The notes beneath the pieces were generated by a model. It was not told where the DNA came from. It saw nothing but the letters and a program-made list of their open reading frames with translations, and ran no database searches. Positions 1 through 13,430 of a DNA stretch of 64,000 bases are shown here, in pieces (within the stretch, counting starts at the first letter, position 1; each line of letters starts with the position of its first letter). A program made the position numbers and the translations under genes. This stretch comes from Lingula anatina (Eukaryota > Animalia > Brachiopoda), in NCBI GenBank assembly GCA_051362555.1, contig CM120647.1:1178001-1242000 (forward strand), in the 5' to 3' direction.

Positions 1-719
1 TGTTGCCTAAATTATCATGCGTAGTTTAATTGGAAAATATTCACTATATTGTCAAGTATGAAAACATTAGCAAAAGCACCGGTTTGTCTGCAGACTCTTT
101 TGGCGTCATTTCCACACATAACTGTATAGTGGAAACTAAAAATTACAAAATATCGATTTCCATGCGTGAAAATTCAGAATTAAATATGTATTCTTCGTGT
201 TGTTTCAAATGAAGGCGCATACAAACGCCGACGTTATGTCACCACTGTGAATGTTCTAAAATTGTATACATTTTTGTATTACTCAGGGTAAATATAACAA
301 CTATTACAGAAAAATGTTCTCAAGAGTTTAGAGATATTTATGAAGTGGAAAATTATATATCAACTGTGTATAATATAATGCAGTAAACTAGAAAAGCATT
401 CGGGGGGTTCACACCGCCTGAATTATTAGTTAATTACCATTATCAATTAGCCAATGCTTATTATTAATTTAATATTTTTTCATGATTAATTAATTAATCA
501 ACGGATCAAAACGAAAATATTTATAACTTTTAGCAAGTCAATTTCCGATCTATCTTAAAACGTGTATCAAATGTACATAACTGCGTGAGTTACGCTGTAA
601 CAAAGGCAAAATGTGCCCTCCTTGGCGGATATATTGAATATAACATGACGTCATATTGTTCGAATCTCGGTATCTCTGATGTAATACGTAATTGGACGAC
701 TTCATCAAAAGACTACACA

Positions 720-974
720 CAATGAACAATAGAAGTGTCACCCCCTGAATCACAGTAATCAAAGTAGGTAGATCTTGAGTACAGGTAGTTTTAAAGCCTG
801 GTCTACTTATAATGTGAAAAATGAGTATAAAACCGCTGCAACATGGAATTGTATTGTTGGTCTTTGTGTGAAATTTGATGTGAATAAAATGATACCAGGA
901 GCATATCATTCAACAGTTATTTATCTCCCCCCTAAGTATTGGTTCAGAAGGGGTGACACTTCTATTGTCCATGG
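720..974. mobile_element. Degenerate TIR/foldback element, unclassified
   Basis: ACAATAGAAGTGTCACCCC..TGAA near 726-750 is inverted relative to TTCA..GGGGTGACACTTCTATTGT near 943-968; no TSD recognised. Confidence 0.5.
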
Positions 975-1090
975 CGTCAATAACCCCACTCGTCAAGAGA
1001 GCGATCTCTGTGTATTGAAAAGACAGTTATATGTCATCTTGAAATCCACTAAAATTAAATGAGCGCTGTCTCCTTAGTTACAAATGCCAA

Positions 1091-1302
1091 TCATCGAACC
1101 ATCTGCGGCGACGACCTCGCCCCACGTGACAAAGGTCGCTCGGGTCGCTTCCGGTGCTCCTCGTGTTTTGCCTTGATGAGCTTGCTGATCTTGGTGTGGA
1201 TGTTTTCTGGGATGATGACCATGAAGAACCCCATGATGATCAATATGGTGGCGGCGATCTCCATGCTGTTGAAGACAGGGAACGACCACAGCTCTTCGGC
1301 AA
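1091..1302 (-). CDS. SLC35F-like last coding exon
   Basis: tttacag|TT GCC GAA...; AEELWSFPVFNSMEIAATILIIMGFFMVIIPENIH...QMVR-TGA. Confidence 0.9.
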
Positions 1303-1550
1303 CTGTAAAGTAACACCATGGCAACATTATTTAAAGGCACGCAACACCAAGGAGAATGGTTGCCAAATGGGCCCTGCTCATTTATTTCTTAATGTACAAA
1401 TGTCAACTTCGTACATACTAATTGAATACAAGGGCAATTCATCACAATGTTATCTAGCATTAATGGCAATTTATATTTAGATGAGCTTTAGTATGTGAGG
1501 TGCATAAACATATTGGAGTTACACATCCATAATCTGTGAACAATACTACA

Positions 1551-1596
<46 letters not shown>

Positions 1597-3551
1597 GGGG
1601 CTACCTGCACACATAGGAATGGCCAGCAGCAAGCCAAGCGGTACGAATACTTCATAGGTCACGGCTTCGGCAAACTCTATGATCACTTGAAAACCTTGAA
1701 AGATAAAAAAGGAGTGTTAACTTAATGTGTTCACGTCCAATATTAGAAATACATACACTAATTTACCTTGCATGTTCTTATAAGTCAAAGATGACTATTG
1801 TTCAGCTACCACACTACCGCGTCGACATCCAAAGAAACATTGTCACAACTAACACAATTAGACCCTACAATCCCCCACAACTGGTTGCCTATACTATAAG
1901 AATATACACAACAACCCTGAACCAAACAATTCTACTGTGTCTATTTATGTAAAGTTGAAAATAATCAACGCAAAATTTTGCGACGGAATACCTCAAACTC
2001 GTCAAGACCAAGTGACAACAACTGCCATAAACCCCTGTAAAGATACGGTACCGTAAAAAAAACGATTACGTCCTACGCTACTGATATTGACTTTATCTCA
2101 TTGGCATTTAGTGTTAGCAGAACATAAATCCAAGCCATTTAAGCGTCATCTCAATCAACCTGAACACTGTGCACCTGATAGGGTTCTGCTTGGTGTGCTT
2201 TGATACATGCTTTGTCCATTATCAAAATGGTTTTAGCCTTAGAGGGACTGATACGAGTCGGAACCAAGTAATATGGCAGAGTATGGAACACTGCCAGGCA
2301 AAATGTAGGATACCTTCTTTCTGTAGCAGGTATTGGCTCAAATATAGGTATATTATATCGCGTCATACCATTTGAAATGAAAACGTGCATATGGATGGAA
2401 ATTTCACATTAACCACTTTCACTAACCTAATAGAAATATGGCGGCCCCGGAGATGTATGACCATGGCACTTGTGTCCAATCCATGGTCTCGGCCCCCGTA
2501 AAGTAGAGCACCAGATATATGGGGAGGGAGAGCAGGAGACAGAACAGCGCTGGAAAACAAAATCATATTGTTCGTAGTTCTTAACGAGGAAACGATGTGA
2601 CGTAGCTGATTATCTGGTTTGTATTAAGTGGATATAAAATATATATGGTTATTAGACAGTGAAATACATTATTATTTTTTGTTTAAACAGGTTTTTGTAT
2701 TTGTTTGCTTATAGAAACATTTAAATAAGTCACCATCATGCAATGTGATGTATAGTTTCATTACGTCCTTGGAATGATGATTATGATTTGTAGGCAGCCA
2801 ACAACGGTGCTTCATCTAAAAATAGGCTGCTTGTCATCTAAACGAACATTACAGAAATACTACTCGTTTTAATGATTAATGCAATTATCGTGTGTGTTTG
2901 CTGGCTTTAATAACCGTGTGTGCGTCTGGGAACACTCACCAACGGCGGACTTGAACAGCGCCAACTGCCCCCAGGATATTTCTCCGATCCATTTTCTAAT
3001 TAGCACCTGGGGTAAAGTGTATGGATATTACACGGCGCAGTTCACACGGTCAAATAACACCAAGTCAACCTACTGATATGTTTGTATCTATATTGAAATG
3101 TAATTTTTTATGCCAAATTGTCACAAGAAATTACGGACAAACATAGAAAAAGGTGATTAGAGACATTTCAAAAACATTCTCCGTAAGCACCATTTCCACT
3201 AGGTCATTTTGTCAATGTTGGTTAGTCCTTGTCGAGTTCATTTTGACTTTTTAAACCTAAACTTAAGTTAAAAAAACTAAGTTCCGTCACTTATTATTGT
3301 AAATTCCACTTGATATGAAGCTTTAGATTATAAACTCTCCCAGCCGAAGATAAAAAGTGCTCGTTATATTACATAGTGGTATTCCACTCGCTCAGTAACG
3401 CGACCATTACCTTTTGAAATGCTCCGGCCATGGCGGACACTGCGGCCATGGCGGCCCCCCAGGTCCAGAGAGAGGCGTGGTCAAACCCCTCCGGACTCCC
3501 ATGGACCATGATGACCACACCCGTCACCGAGATGAGGATAGCCACTATCTG

Positions 3552-3619
<68 letters not shown>

Positions 3620-4195
3620 CTGATTGTAAAACTATTAAATAATAACAATAAAGTTACTAGCAAAAGAAAGCAAAATACTGTGGCAAGAGCCGTTGTAAAT
3701 GCATTTACAAATATTCGAATAAATAATCATTATAATGAAAACGAATACAGATTGTGCCTTTATTGAAGGTAAGAAAGAAACTGTTAAACCTTAATCATGT
3801 ACAAAGAAAAGACCCCCCCCCCCAAAAAAAAAATAATAAATAAATAATAATAACTTACCCTGAAGGCTATGAATGTGTTGCAGAGCAGCGTCCATGAGAA
3901 CAGATACATAAAACAGGGGTATGTAGCCGATAAGATGACCACATCCAGCACCGAGATCATGCCTAACGCGCGTATAAACATGTACCATGGTCCAACCCAC
4001 AGGAAGCTGAAGGCAACACACTTACAGATGATACTCAGAGGACGGTAGGTGTCGTGTTCGCTGAAAACAGCTTTATATTCTCTGAAATAAATAAATAAAT
4101 TAATTAATTAATAAATTAATAAGTAAACAACGTAATCGGAGGACAGTGCTGTCGTGTTCGCTGAAAACAGCGTTTTATTCCCTGGAACATGTGAA

Positions 4196-4238
<43 letters not shown>

Positions 4239-4924
4239 CGTACGGTAGGTATCGTGCCAGTCGAAAACAACTTTATGCCACCTGCATAGTATAAATTCAC
4301 GAATGAATTAATAAATAAATAAACAAATCTTTAAATAAACTACCTGAACATATAAACTCATTACTCCAAAATTTAAAATACCTTAAAGCATACAGGAAAT
4401 CCGGATCTATATTTAAACAAAAAGTTGCCCTACCAGTGCCATGATTGTTTGTTTTTGTAGAGAAGAGCAGTGGTACTTACATGTTCAATGAAAAGCACCA
4501 GATATCAAACACACAGAGAAATGTCAATATAATATCTGCAAGACAAATATTTTTGTTTCTGAGGTAGATTGTTTGACTTTCTTTGTTACTGTGTAATCGA
4601 TATCTCCCTTATTTCATTCTTATGCTATTTATCTTGATCTAAATTAAGTGTGATAGCGAGAACAGCTGCGACACATGAGTGGGTTTCCCTTCTTTAAATC
4701 AATGTTTTACGTTCCATTCCAAGACTTTTTATATAGAAAAAACTATCACAATGAAACAGAAATTTCGCAGTATCTAATTGTTGGTTTTAATATCATTCTT
4801 GCCAGTACATATAAATAAGAGTTATCCAGGAAAACATCTGGCTCATGAGCTTCCTGTTTTGGAATTCGCTATTTTATGAAATCTTGTTCAATAGCTATGT
4901 CTTATTATAACATCATCACAGCAA

Positions 4925-4959
<35 letters not shown>

Positions 4960-7641
4960 ATATAATTATAATAACAAAATAATGATAATAATAGTAGTAG
5001 AAATTAAAAAAATAAACAGAATAAACTAAAGATAAAATAATGAAACAATTCTAAAAATGTCCACCTGCAAAGACTACAGGCATCAAGTAGTGAAAGCAAT
5101 GCTATCTTTGCAATAAAAAATAATGAAGTAACAAATATCACAACATTAAACCAATCCCCAGTGAAAACATACACGTTTCTGACGCACATCCCAGACTTTG
5201 ATTTTATACAAGCCAGAACGATAGTTCAGCTACAATGTCAGTAATTAAAAACACTTCACGGTGACCAGGTATAGAGTAAACACAGTTGGATGTTCGACTG
5301 AATCGCGATCGATAATTCTGCTGTAGCGTTTCAAGTCAAGAGGAGATTAAACAGACTGAAAAGCATTAGACGGAGGATATTTCCTTTTAAAATGCCTCAT
5401 TTTCTGTTGAGGTGGCTGAACTTACATTGAACTGCTGGAGCTATGTTGCAGCAGATGTTTGAGATACTGGGCACACAGTACGGGCTGTTGGGGTGGGGCG
5501 TGGGTGTGGTGGGTGTGGGTGTGGTGAGGGGGGGAGGGGTAGCTCCGGGCAGTGAAACATAACAACAACCTCCGATAACAGGAACTGGGAACATCGTTGC
5601 GTTACGTCTGAACCGATCCCAAAGATGAACTAATGTAGAGGGATATGTGATTCCAGATGGAGAATAAACAGTACAAACAAGGAACCAGCCCAACTCAGTG
5701 TCTCACTCAGGTCTTGGGTGGGATTTGGGGGTGGGGGTAGAGGTTTACACAGCGGGCCACGTGCCCCCGCACCTATCACCAGCGGTATCCCCGTCTCCCA
5801 TACCTAATATAGATACATAAGAACTGAAGTGAGGAAATCAACCGATTTACCACTTTGCTAGCACATTACAGTAAAACTGTCCCCGCGTCCACTAGTTTAT
5901 ATTTTCCGAGCGATCCAAAAACTTTACCCCCCCCTCCCCCCATTTACAATAACCTGAGTCACTGAGTCAGACACAGGTGACAGAGTAGACACAGAAATGC
6001 TGGAATCAAATCAAACATGTACTGACTATAACCGAATCGATAACATTGCCTGCATCTCTTTATTAAGTCATGGCCACGTCGGGGCTGATTTGTCCCTAGT
6101 GAAGAACTGACGCCTTGAGATAAAATGTATTAATGCGTGGTGAACCGTTCGTCATGGCCATTTTTCTGTTATCCATTTCTGACTGCTTCAATCACCAGTG
6201 TAACAGCAGTCACTGGGTGTGAGTGGATTTGACGTTTTTTTTTTTAACAAATACCTGTTTGCTCGCGCGGTTTCCTTCCCAGTGTTTGTGCCTGTGTAAC
6301 GATTCTCCCATGAGAGAGAGTCCGACCCTAACCTTCCCAGCTTTGTAAAATGCCAAATAGAAACTCTTTAAAGAAAGATATCTAAAAACAGGGATCGACT
6401 CAGTCACCTCAGTCAGTCACGATGCAGAGATACTTAATGCATTGTTTACATAAAAAAATCAATTATGTAACCTGTCGATTCAATTAACATCAATATGATA
6501 TTTCCTGTCGTGAATGAGAGTTTTGAATAGATATATCCTTTCTAAAAGTGATATGGCGCTCAATGGAATACAAACACGGTAGTCTTTCGAGACAAACCAA
6601 TCCCCAAATCAAGTCCCCTCTTCCTTAACATTTATATATTTGATATTAGTAAGCGGAGGCGGGGGCAAACATGGGGGAGGGGATCCCCCTCCACCCCCGA
6701 CCTTTCAACCACGTCATAGCACAGTCGCAGGGGTGGGTCTATCAGATTTCCCTCCGACGCTTATTTATGCTGAAATTTTAGCGGTTCAAATAACATTCTC
6801 GAAGTTAAGGTTGGCTCCACACAATTTTTCGGCCTACAACCCTTCTAAAATTCTGAGGTTTATGGATGCTCTCATAAACCGCGTTACATAAGAACATTAA
6901 ATTATGGGAAATTATGGCTGACGACAGAGATGTACGGTGAGATAAGGTACTGTACGGCATCAAACGTAAAAATTAATTTTAATATGAATCTGATCAGAAT
7001 CAGAAATCGGATATGAATCAGAAATTGATATGCCAATTTGTATCGTAAAAAATAAGACACCATAGTAAAAAGACTACTATTTGGGCAATCACTTACATAT
7101 AAACGGGAAATCACTTGGGTGGTATACATGCACATGCTAAGTACTAAATAAAAAAGATAGTATGACATGAACAAATAATATGAAATAACACATGGAGAAA
7201 TGCCCGAGTGATTTCGAAAGACTAAATCTGATTTTTTTTTTTCATCGCCCAGAGTACCTACCTCCAAGAAGAAGAAATGGGCAACTTCCCCCTCGTTCGC
7301 AACCATTTGGCAACAACGCACACAGGAAACATTATGATTGGCCAGATGCTGCAAAAGTAGGTCAAGAAAAACGGTGCCTGGAATGTCGTATACAACACAA
7401 ACGTTCTTCTCGCGAGAACTGTAAATCCCACGAAAGTTACCGCGAGAGTTATGGTGGTGATGATTCCACAGACAATCTTCCTAGGTTTCTCCGCGCTGGA
7501 TGGCTGCAGTATATCGCTGTTGTTGAGCTGGGTCGCTGACACGGTGGAATTGTCCACGCTGGCGGCCGAGGTCACCGTGACCTTCGGGATTGTGCGACCT
7601 GTTGAAGTGTTTCCGCCTGAAAGGGGTGAAGGAGACGCCAT
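1091..7641 (-). CDS. SLC35F3/SLC35F4-like solute carrier (EamA/DMT superfamily), spliced gene, ~407-410 aa
   Basis: Exons 7262-7641 (or 7262-7616), 3859-4081, 3411-3548, 2940-3006, 2427-2549, 1605-1694 and 1091-1302 join through GT-AG introns in one frame (1233 nt from ATG 7641). The multi-TM protein has family-like segments FQAPFFLTYFCSIWPIIMFP, YLFSWTLL..F...R|IVAILISVTGVVIM, LYFTGAETMDW..VPW and AATILIIMGFFMVIIPE. Family assigned by recognition, not by a search. Confidence 0.88.
1605..1694 (-). CDS. SLC35F-like internal exon
   Basis: tttcaag|GT TTT...GCA G|gtag; FQVIIEFAEAVTYEVFVPLGLLLAIPMCA. Confidence 0.87.
2427..2549 (-). CDS. SLC35F-like internal exon
   Basis: tttccag|CG CTG...TTA G|gttagt; LFCLLLSLPIYLVLYFTGAETMDWTQVPWSYISGAAIFLL. 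Confidence 0.88.
   Translation of the reverse strand, partial: RCSVSCSPSPYIWCSTLRGPRPWIGHKCHGHTSPGPPYFY
2940..3006 (-). CDS. SLC35F-like internal exon
   Basis: ccccag|GTG CTA...GTT G|gtgagt; VLIRKWIGEISWGQLALFKSAV. Confidence 0.87.
3411..3548 (-). CDS. SLC35F-like internal exon
   Basis: ttccag|ATA GTG...CAA AAG|gtaatg; IVAILISVTGVVIMVHGSPEGFDHASLWTWGAAMAAVSAMAGAFQK. Confidence 0.9.
3553..3617. repeat. (AAT)n microsatellite abutting a splice acceptor
   Basis: Direct reading; similar tracts at 33495-33542, 34485-34537, 54079-54128 and 62519-62561. Confidence 0.95.
3859..4081 (-). CDS. SLC35F-like internal exon
   Basis: tttcag|A GAA TAT...TTC AGG|gtaagt; EYKAVFSEHDTYRPLSIICKCVAFSFLWVGPWYMFIRALG...FIAFR. 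Confidence 0.9.
7262..7641 (-). CDS. SLC35F-like exon (N-terminal region and TM1-2); starts at ATG 7641 or at the acceptor before 7616
   Basis: ORF MASPSPLSGGNTST...ISSSWR; donor GGAG|GTAGGT at 7262/7261, phase 2. Confidence 0.85.
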
Positions 7642-7966
7642 ATTATATCAATAAATTTGAAACGATTTCAAATAATTTGTATTTTATAAATCAATTTTTG
7701 TCAAGTTTTAACGTAGGCCTATCTAAGTGCATGCTTTAAGTGAAACTTAAAATTGGTCGTATGATATTTTTTTAATGTAACCTTGTTACATTTTGGTTCT
7801 GGGGTACATAGTAGACAATGAAGCTAATAATTTATTTCTTACAGAGCATATTATATTTTAATATTTCTGCTGTTTACGGTTAAAGTATAAATATCTTCAA
7901 ATGTAAGTTACTGAAATGAAACAAATTTAGCAAAAATGTTTTATAGAAAATTAATAAAATACCTAT

Positions 7967-8515
7967 TTAGGATATTGTCACCCTTCGCCCCAAACTCCTT
8001 ATTTACTGCCTTATATACATACTTTTGGGTAATAAATAAATCTTCGGTGTTCAGTGACATAAACATTTACACATATTAACATGTATATATATATAGATAT
8101 GTCATCTTACGGGTGATGTCATAATTGCGATTTTGGGGTAAAAAATGAAAAATTGGTTTCTCAAATTTCTCTTTGACCTGAGCACCCACGTTTTAACGCC
8201 GATTTAATGACACTAGCGATTTTTCTTAGTTGAGGTTTTATTCAACTGTCTTAGTTGAGATTTTATTGTTGATAAAGCAAAAAAAAAAATGTCTTTGTTT
8301 ATTGGAAATCTGTAAGAACGGGTTCATAACCCCCAAAGAAAAAAAAACAAACATTTAAACGAAAATGACGGCAAGTGATTGTAGGTTATACAATGTAAAT
8401 GCGGCCAATTTTCGTGATTAAGTCTTGTTCAAGTTACGCCCCATACCGATTGCTGTCCCCCCTCAAAATAGAAAGGTATTAAACTGACGATTAAAGCTTT
8501 GAGTTACCCATGTTT
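7967..8515. mobile_element. Dispersed repeat, probable Kolobok-type non-autonomous element fragment
   Basis: ~550 bp aligning by eye, in reverse orientation, with 31905-32450 (e.g. CCCTTCGCCC, CCTGAGCACCCACG, GACGATTAAAGCTTTGAGTT). The other copy ends ...CAATATCC|TTAA. Confidence 0.65.
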
Positions 8516-8919
8516 ATGCATTGAAACGTAAAACATATAAACGCCGATATTTCAAATTTGCGATGGTTTTTTCATTGTTCTAAATAAGCACAAAAATATA
8601 TGAATTATTGAATAATAAGATGCAGAAAAAGACTCATTTTCGGTTTCTGGATGATAATAAATGGTTACAATATGCGTATAAGATGGGTTTTATAGGTCAT
8701 TCCCAATGAGCTTCGGCTTAAATACAAAAAGTGAAGCTTGTTTCATTATCTTTAGGCATAAACAAACATATCTTATGGGTCCAAGAGTCGGTGAAGATCT
8801 TTGGCAGACCTGGCGCTCTTATTCCCTCATGTAAAAGTCTATGGAAGACTCGCATTTCAAGAAAATAACTAGGCCATTCCTCTGTGTGCTTAAGTACATG
8901 CACTGTTTCAAAACTCTAA

Positions 8920-9221
8920 GATCGCATTCACAACGAGTTGAGCCATGGCTTTACAAATCCTGGAACTAAATATGGCGGACGTACATGAAAGAAAAACCGC
9001 CTAATCTTTTAATAGTCTCTCCGCCTCTCACACGCCTCCCCATGCGTCGTCCCTGCGGGGGTACAGTCATTAAATCTCGACTCCATTGGGACGACACATG
9101 GGGAGGTGTGTGAGAGGCGGAGAGACTATTAAAAGATTAGGCGGTTTTTCTTTCATGAACGTCCGCCATATTTAGTTCCAGGATTTGTAAAGCCATGGCT
9201 CAACTCGTTGTGAATGCGATC
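8920..9221. mobile_element. PIF/Harbinger-type (Tourist-like) MITE, family A, near-perfect foldback
   Basis: ~134-bp inverted arms (GATCGCATTCACAACGAG...CTCGTTGTGAATGCGATC) around a ~34-bp spacer; TAA on both sides. Confidence 0.85.
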
Positions 9222-11540
9222 TAAGACTGGTTACCTATCTCTAACACAATGTCTGTATAGTGTGTTAGTTCCACGGTTTCGTTAAAACCACAAAGGCTCT
9301 GATATTGGACCTTGTCCTCCTTGAAACTGGCACTTCCGGTTCTCCAACTCATAATGACGTCATATTGCGCCACATAACGTCACAATGTGTCTTTGTAGAA
9401 AAAACTCTGCACGAGCGACCACAAAGCGAAACCCCTTCTATATTGCCCTCTGTTAAATGACTTAACCAAATTTTGAATATGGGCAAAGCCCGATTAAAAT
9501 GGTGTTTTAGTCCCTAGGTCGCCATCTTTGTCAGTTTGTCACGAGGGATATCAAAAAACAGACATGGGCTCCTCCACTGCTTCGATTTCTGAATTTCCCA
9601 GTCAATCTAAATGGTCACGTCAAGGCTAGAGTAAGTTTTCTTGTGTTTCTTTTTTGTACTTTGGAGGAATCCTCCCACCCTGATGACGGTCTGTCACGTG
9701 ATGTGCCGCAGAAAAGTTATCAGGCGCAGTGCTTTAAATTCACTCCCGCTATGTTGACAGTTTTATAACATGAGCACGGTATATCGTCTTCTTTCATATG
9801 TCTACAGGAATAAACGTTTTGAAGGTCAAACTTGCAGAATCTCGATGAAATAATGATTTTCAGTTTGACAGACTGCCGTCAGAAATGAATACCAACACGC
9901 TGTCCGTTATCATAAGGGTAACAGCACAAATGAGTCCTTACATTGCAAGATTTACCAAGTTAAGTCATTTACGAGAAGATTCACGTTGTGTAAGTCATAA
10001 AAAATTAAGAGGAGGGTGGGAAGTGCTTCACGTTAACAAGCGTGCCCCATTCAAGCACAGACCGCTAACTTCACGTGTTGTTACACAAGTTCCGTGATAA
10101 TTCCTTCCGCTGTTTTCTCGTCATTCAATTTCAGATTGACCTTTACCGGTGCTTGACACGTGACGTAAGGTGGATACACGTGTCTCGTGCCTACTGCAGG
10201 GTTGCATTCAGCTCTTTTTAAAGTATACTTTACAACATGTCACCTACTCATGGCGTCACACTGTTGCATGTGCTGAATGTTATTGTTTAACTATAAAACA
10301 GGACGACGGCAGTACAAAGCAATATGATTAACTCTTTGCAAAACTTCACCAAACTCTGCTTTGTTAACTGCATTCCGGTGATGATATTTTATCCGTACAG
10401 ATAATGCAGATAACATTTGTGTAGTACACTGCATAGAGACATAGGTAACTGCCACCGATCACATTATCCGTGGTTTCCTTGGGAACGGACCGTGGTAAAG
10501 TATAAACAGTACCTGTTGAAGAACTATTACCAAGAAAAGTTCATGGACGTGATTTCCTTTTCAAAAACTTGTATCATTTTCAAATTTCTTGATCAACAAT
10601 CCACACATGTCATGTCGTGCATTTTGAACAAGTTGAACACGCACTCGTGCGTTATCAATCAAGATTTGTCACCAAGTTTCCCTTTGGCAATGCTTAATGA
10701 TGCATGTGGTGAACCGCTGTGCGTGGCAAGTACGGCGCGTCTACAGCGTGGTCCTGTTCTTCTTGTTTCCAGCATACCTTTCCATTGCAACGCCAGCACC
10801 TAGCGTGGTGAATTTTGTAACACAACTTGGAACATCAGAGCCAGTTTAGACTTCATTGGTGACATGGAGGCAGCCAGCGTCCCTGGCGTGGCTCCAGCGT
10901 GGACAAGATGCCTTCCAACGGATGTCCACCAATACAACCTAATTTGTCCAGAAAGTACACTTCGCTGTCTACTGTATGTCCATTTGATGGAAGTGATTTG
11001 TATGGATGGAAAAGATAGATGTTACCCCGCGGTTGAAGAGAATATTTCGTGCAGTCAGGAAAACAAGCCATTAAAACGTGATGGAAATCGGAGAATTTGT
11101 TGTCTCAGTGGCGCAGGCCTCACATATGTCGGCATCAATTTGGAGTTAACGGCTTTGAGGACATGCGGGTTATAAGCCAAATAAATGATTTTTTTTGTTC
11201 CATTCATTCAGTTCTTATGTATGCAAGGTAAAACAATGTGTATACTAAATAATATATAATACTTCATTTTTATTATGCCTTGAAAAATCAATTAAATGAA
11301 TAAAATAAAATTTTGTGGTTTTCATTTTGTGAATCCTCGATTGTGTATATTTGCGTAGAGTCCCTGAACTATCTAAAATTGACGCAATCGAGGAAAGAAA
11401 TGGGACTATTGATCCTCTCCGAGAGGCATGTGTTCGGTCCCATGTCGCTCGTTTATCAAATAAACACCATTGTACATATACCGCATCAGAGACAACTGAC
11501 ATTTCCTGCCACGTCCTTGTCGGGTTAAAATAACACGCAA

Positions 11541-11571
<31 letters not shown>

Positions 11572-12755
11572 ATCAACGAACTGATAAAGCCATAAATCTA
11601 TTCATTAATTTATTGATTAAAATGAAAAAGAATTTCTTAAGTTTATATCTTATCTGAGGTTGTTTTTGCAGTTGATTTCTGCTGTTGCTGTGATCATATA
11701 TTTGACAGAGGACAAGTCACCTGTCGCAGCACGGAACCTACAGGTGAGGAGCAAGTGACACTGACATCTGCTCAGACTACCTTTTAGTTTGTAGAAAATC
11801 TTGAAAGAACTTTGAAAATAATATTTCCAGTTGATTGAATTACGTGTATATAAAGTGATGGATACACCGACGGATTTTACGCCCTCGTTTTTAAGTCAAC
11901 ATTCTGAGCACATCTGCACGGGAATTCTGTTGTTTGACTCAGATGTCAGTAATTGTAGATGTGTGCTGTTGAATTGTCGGGTTGCTTATGTAATAGGCAG
12001 ATCAAAAAAGAGAAATTCATGTGATGAATCATTGAAACTGTTGGCTCCATGCACTGGCTACTGTAGCCCAGTTCTAACTTAGTATCACTTTGAAATAAGT
12101 ATTTGTTGTGTTGTTTTATTTTCGTTAATTATTTCTTCTAGTTTACAGTGTTTTTATTTGTTCAATCCCTCGGCCTGTCCAAAGCTGTTGGGGAAGGTGA
12201 CTGGCAAAAGAAATGAAGATCGTCACATCAACAGGTATCAACCTAAATACAACATTTTAATGTCCCATTTGAAACCAGCGAATAACAGGATCATATTGTC
12301 ACCTGCTAACGTTCGTTGTGGTTTGTCGCTTAAATCTTTATAAAAACGGAGAGGAAAGTTCAAGTTGATGACCGTGGTATCATATTGATAAATTGATATG
12401 TGAAAAAATTAAAGGTAAAGGCCCAATAAAGTATTGCACACGATGTTTTATGATTTAAATGGATAATGGATTAATTCTCTGGATAACTGCTTGATAATTT
12501 CCCAGGCTGAATTCACTTTTGTATTGAATCAACGTTTCTACAGATTTTACATCACATAATTGTTATTTTGCCACTATGTGCCTTTTCTTTAGGAATACCC
12601 ATAAAAATTAAGTCCATACTTTTAAAAGTCTTTTTGAAGCATCTGTCAATATCTTCATGGCATTAAAAGCTGTCGGTAGATGTGACTGGTAATAGAAACC
12701 CTCTCTGTGGTCTTACGTCATCACAGGCCCAATTGTCAGCGTGTTACCTTTCTAA

Positions 12756-12930
12756 GGTCCCATTCAGAAGAAAGGACTAATTAGTCCGAGGGTCAAATAT
12801 GGCGACCCACTACAAAGCTTGCTGTGTAATCCGCTAATAGACACTGAATAGATATCCTGCGGGGAAGTATTGAACTGGGTCGGCCATATTTGACCCGCGG
12901 ACTAGTTAGTCCTCTATTCTGAATGGAGCC
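12756..12930. mobile_element. Harbinger-type MITE, family B
   Basis: TAA|GGTCCCATTCAGAA...TTCTGAATGGAGCC|TAA; imperfect ~50-bp arms containing AAATATGGCG. Confidence 0.8.
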
Positions 12931-13360
12931 TAACAGAACCTGAGGTCACTAAAAGCATCGTAGCTAATCTATGTGTTATGTTCATGCACTGTCACACTTA
13001 GCTCATAGCACTAACATATGAAAAATAATAGCCCATGCGCAGATAAACCCAAGGGAATCGTTTGACTTAACATATTCAGTACGTCTTAAAGGTTTCGAGT
13101 ACGCAGACAAACGTTATACGTTTGCATACTCAGAGCTAGAAAAATGCTTCGATATTTTCTCAAATAATTTCATACGCTGCTTTATACGTTGATTTTTATA
13201 CGCTAGAAAAAGGGTGATTTCAAACGCTCCATGTCGTGCGTATAATAGATTCCATATATGATACTCAAATGTACCTTTTTACGTTAGTTGTAAAAGAGCC
13301 TCAATCCAGCAAACAAAGGACGTAATTATAACGTTACCATCATATGTATATAATCCGAAA

Positions 13361-13430
13361 ATTATGGTAACGTTATGGTAACATTATGGTAACGTTATGG
13401 TAACATTATGGTAACGTTATGGTAGCGTTA
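13361..13430. repeat. 11-bp minisatellite (TTATGGTAAC[G/A]) x~6
   Basis: Direct reading; G and A variants alternate. Confidence 0.9.

Noticed and set aside
1992-2035. Exon-like segment ttacag|G GGT TTA TGG...GAG|gta on the minus strand within the SLC35F-like gene
   Set aside because: Its open frame is phase 2/0, incompatible with the flanking phase-1 junctions; the protein is complete without it.
10417-11533. Cluster of 60-128 aa ORFs
   Set aside because: No recognisable domain and no coherent splice chain; could be lncRNA or a decayed element, but this is unsupported.
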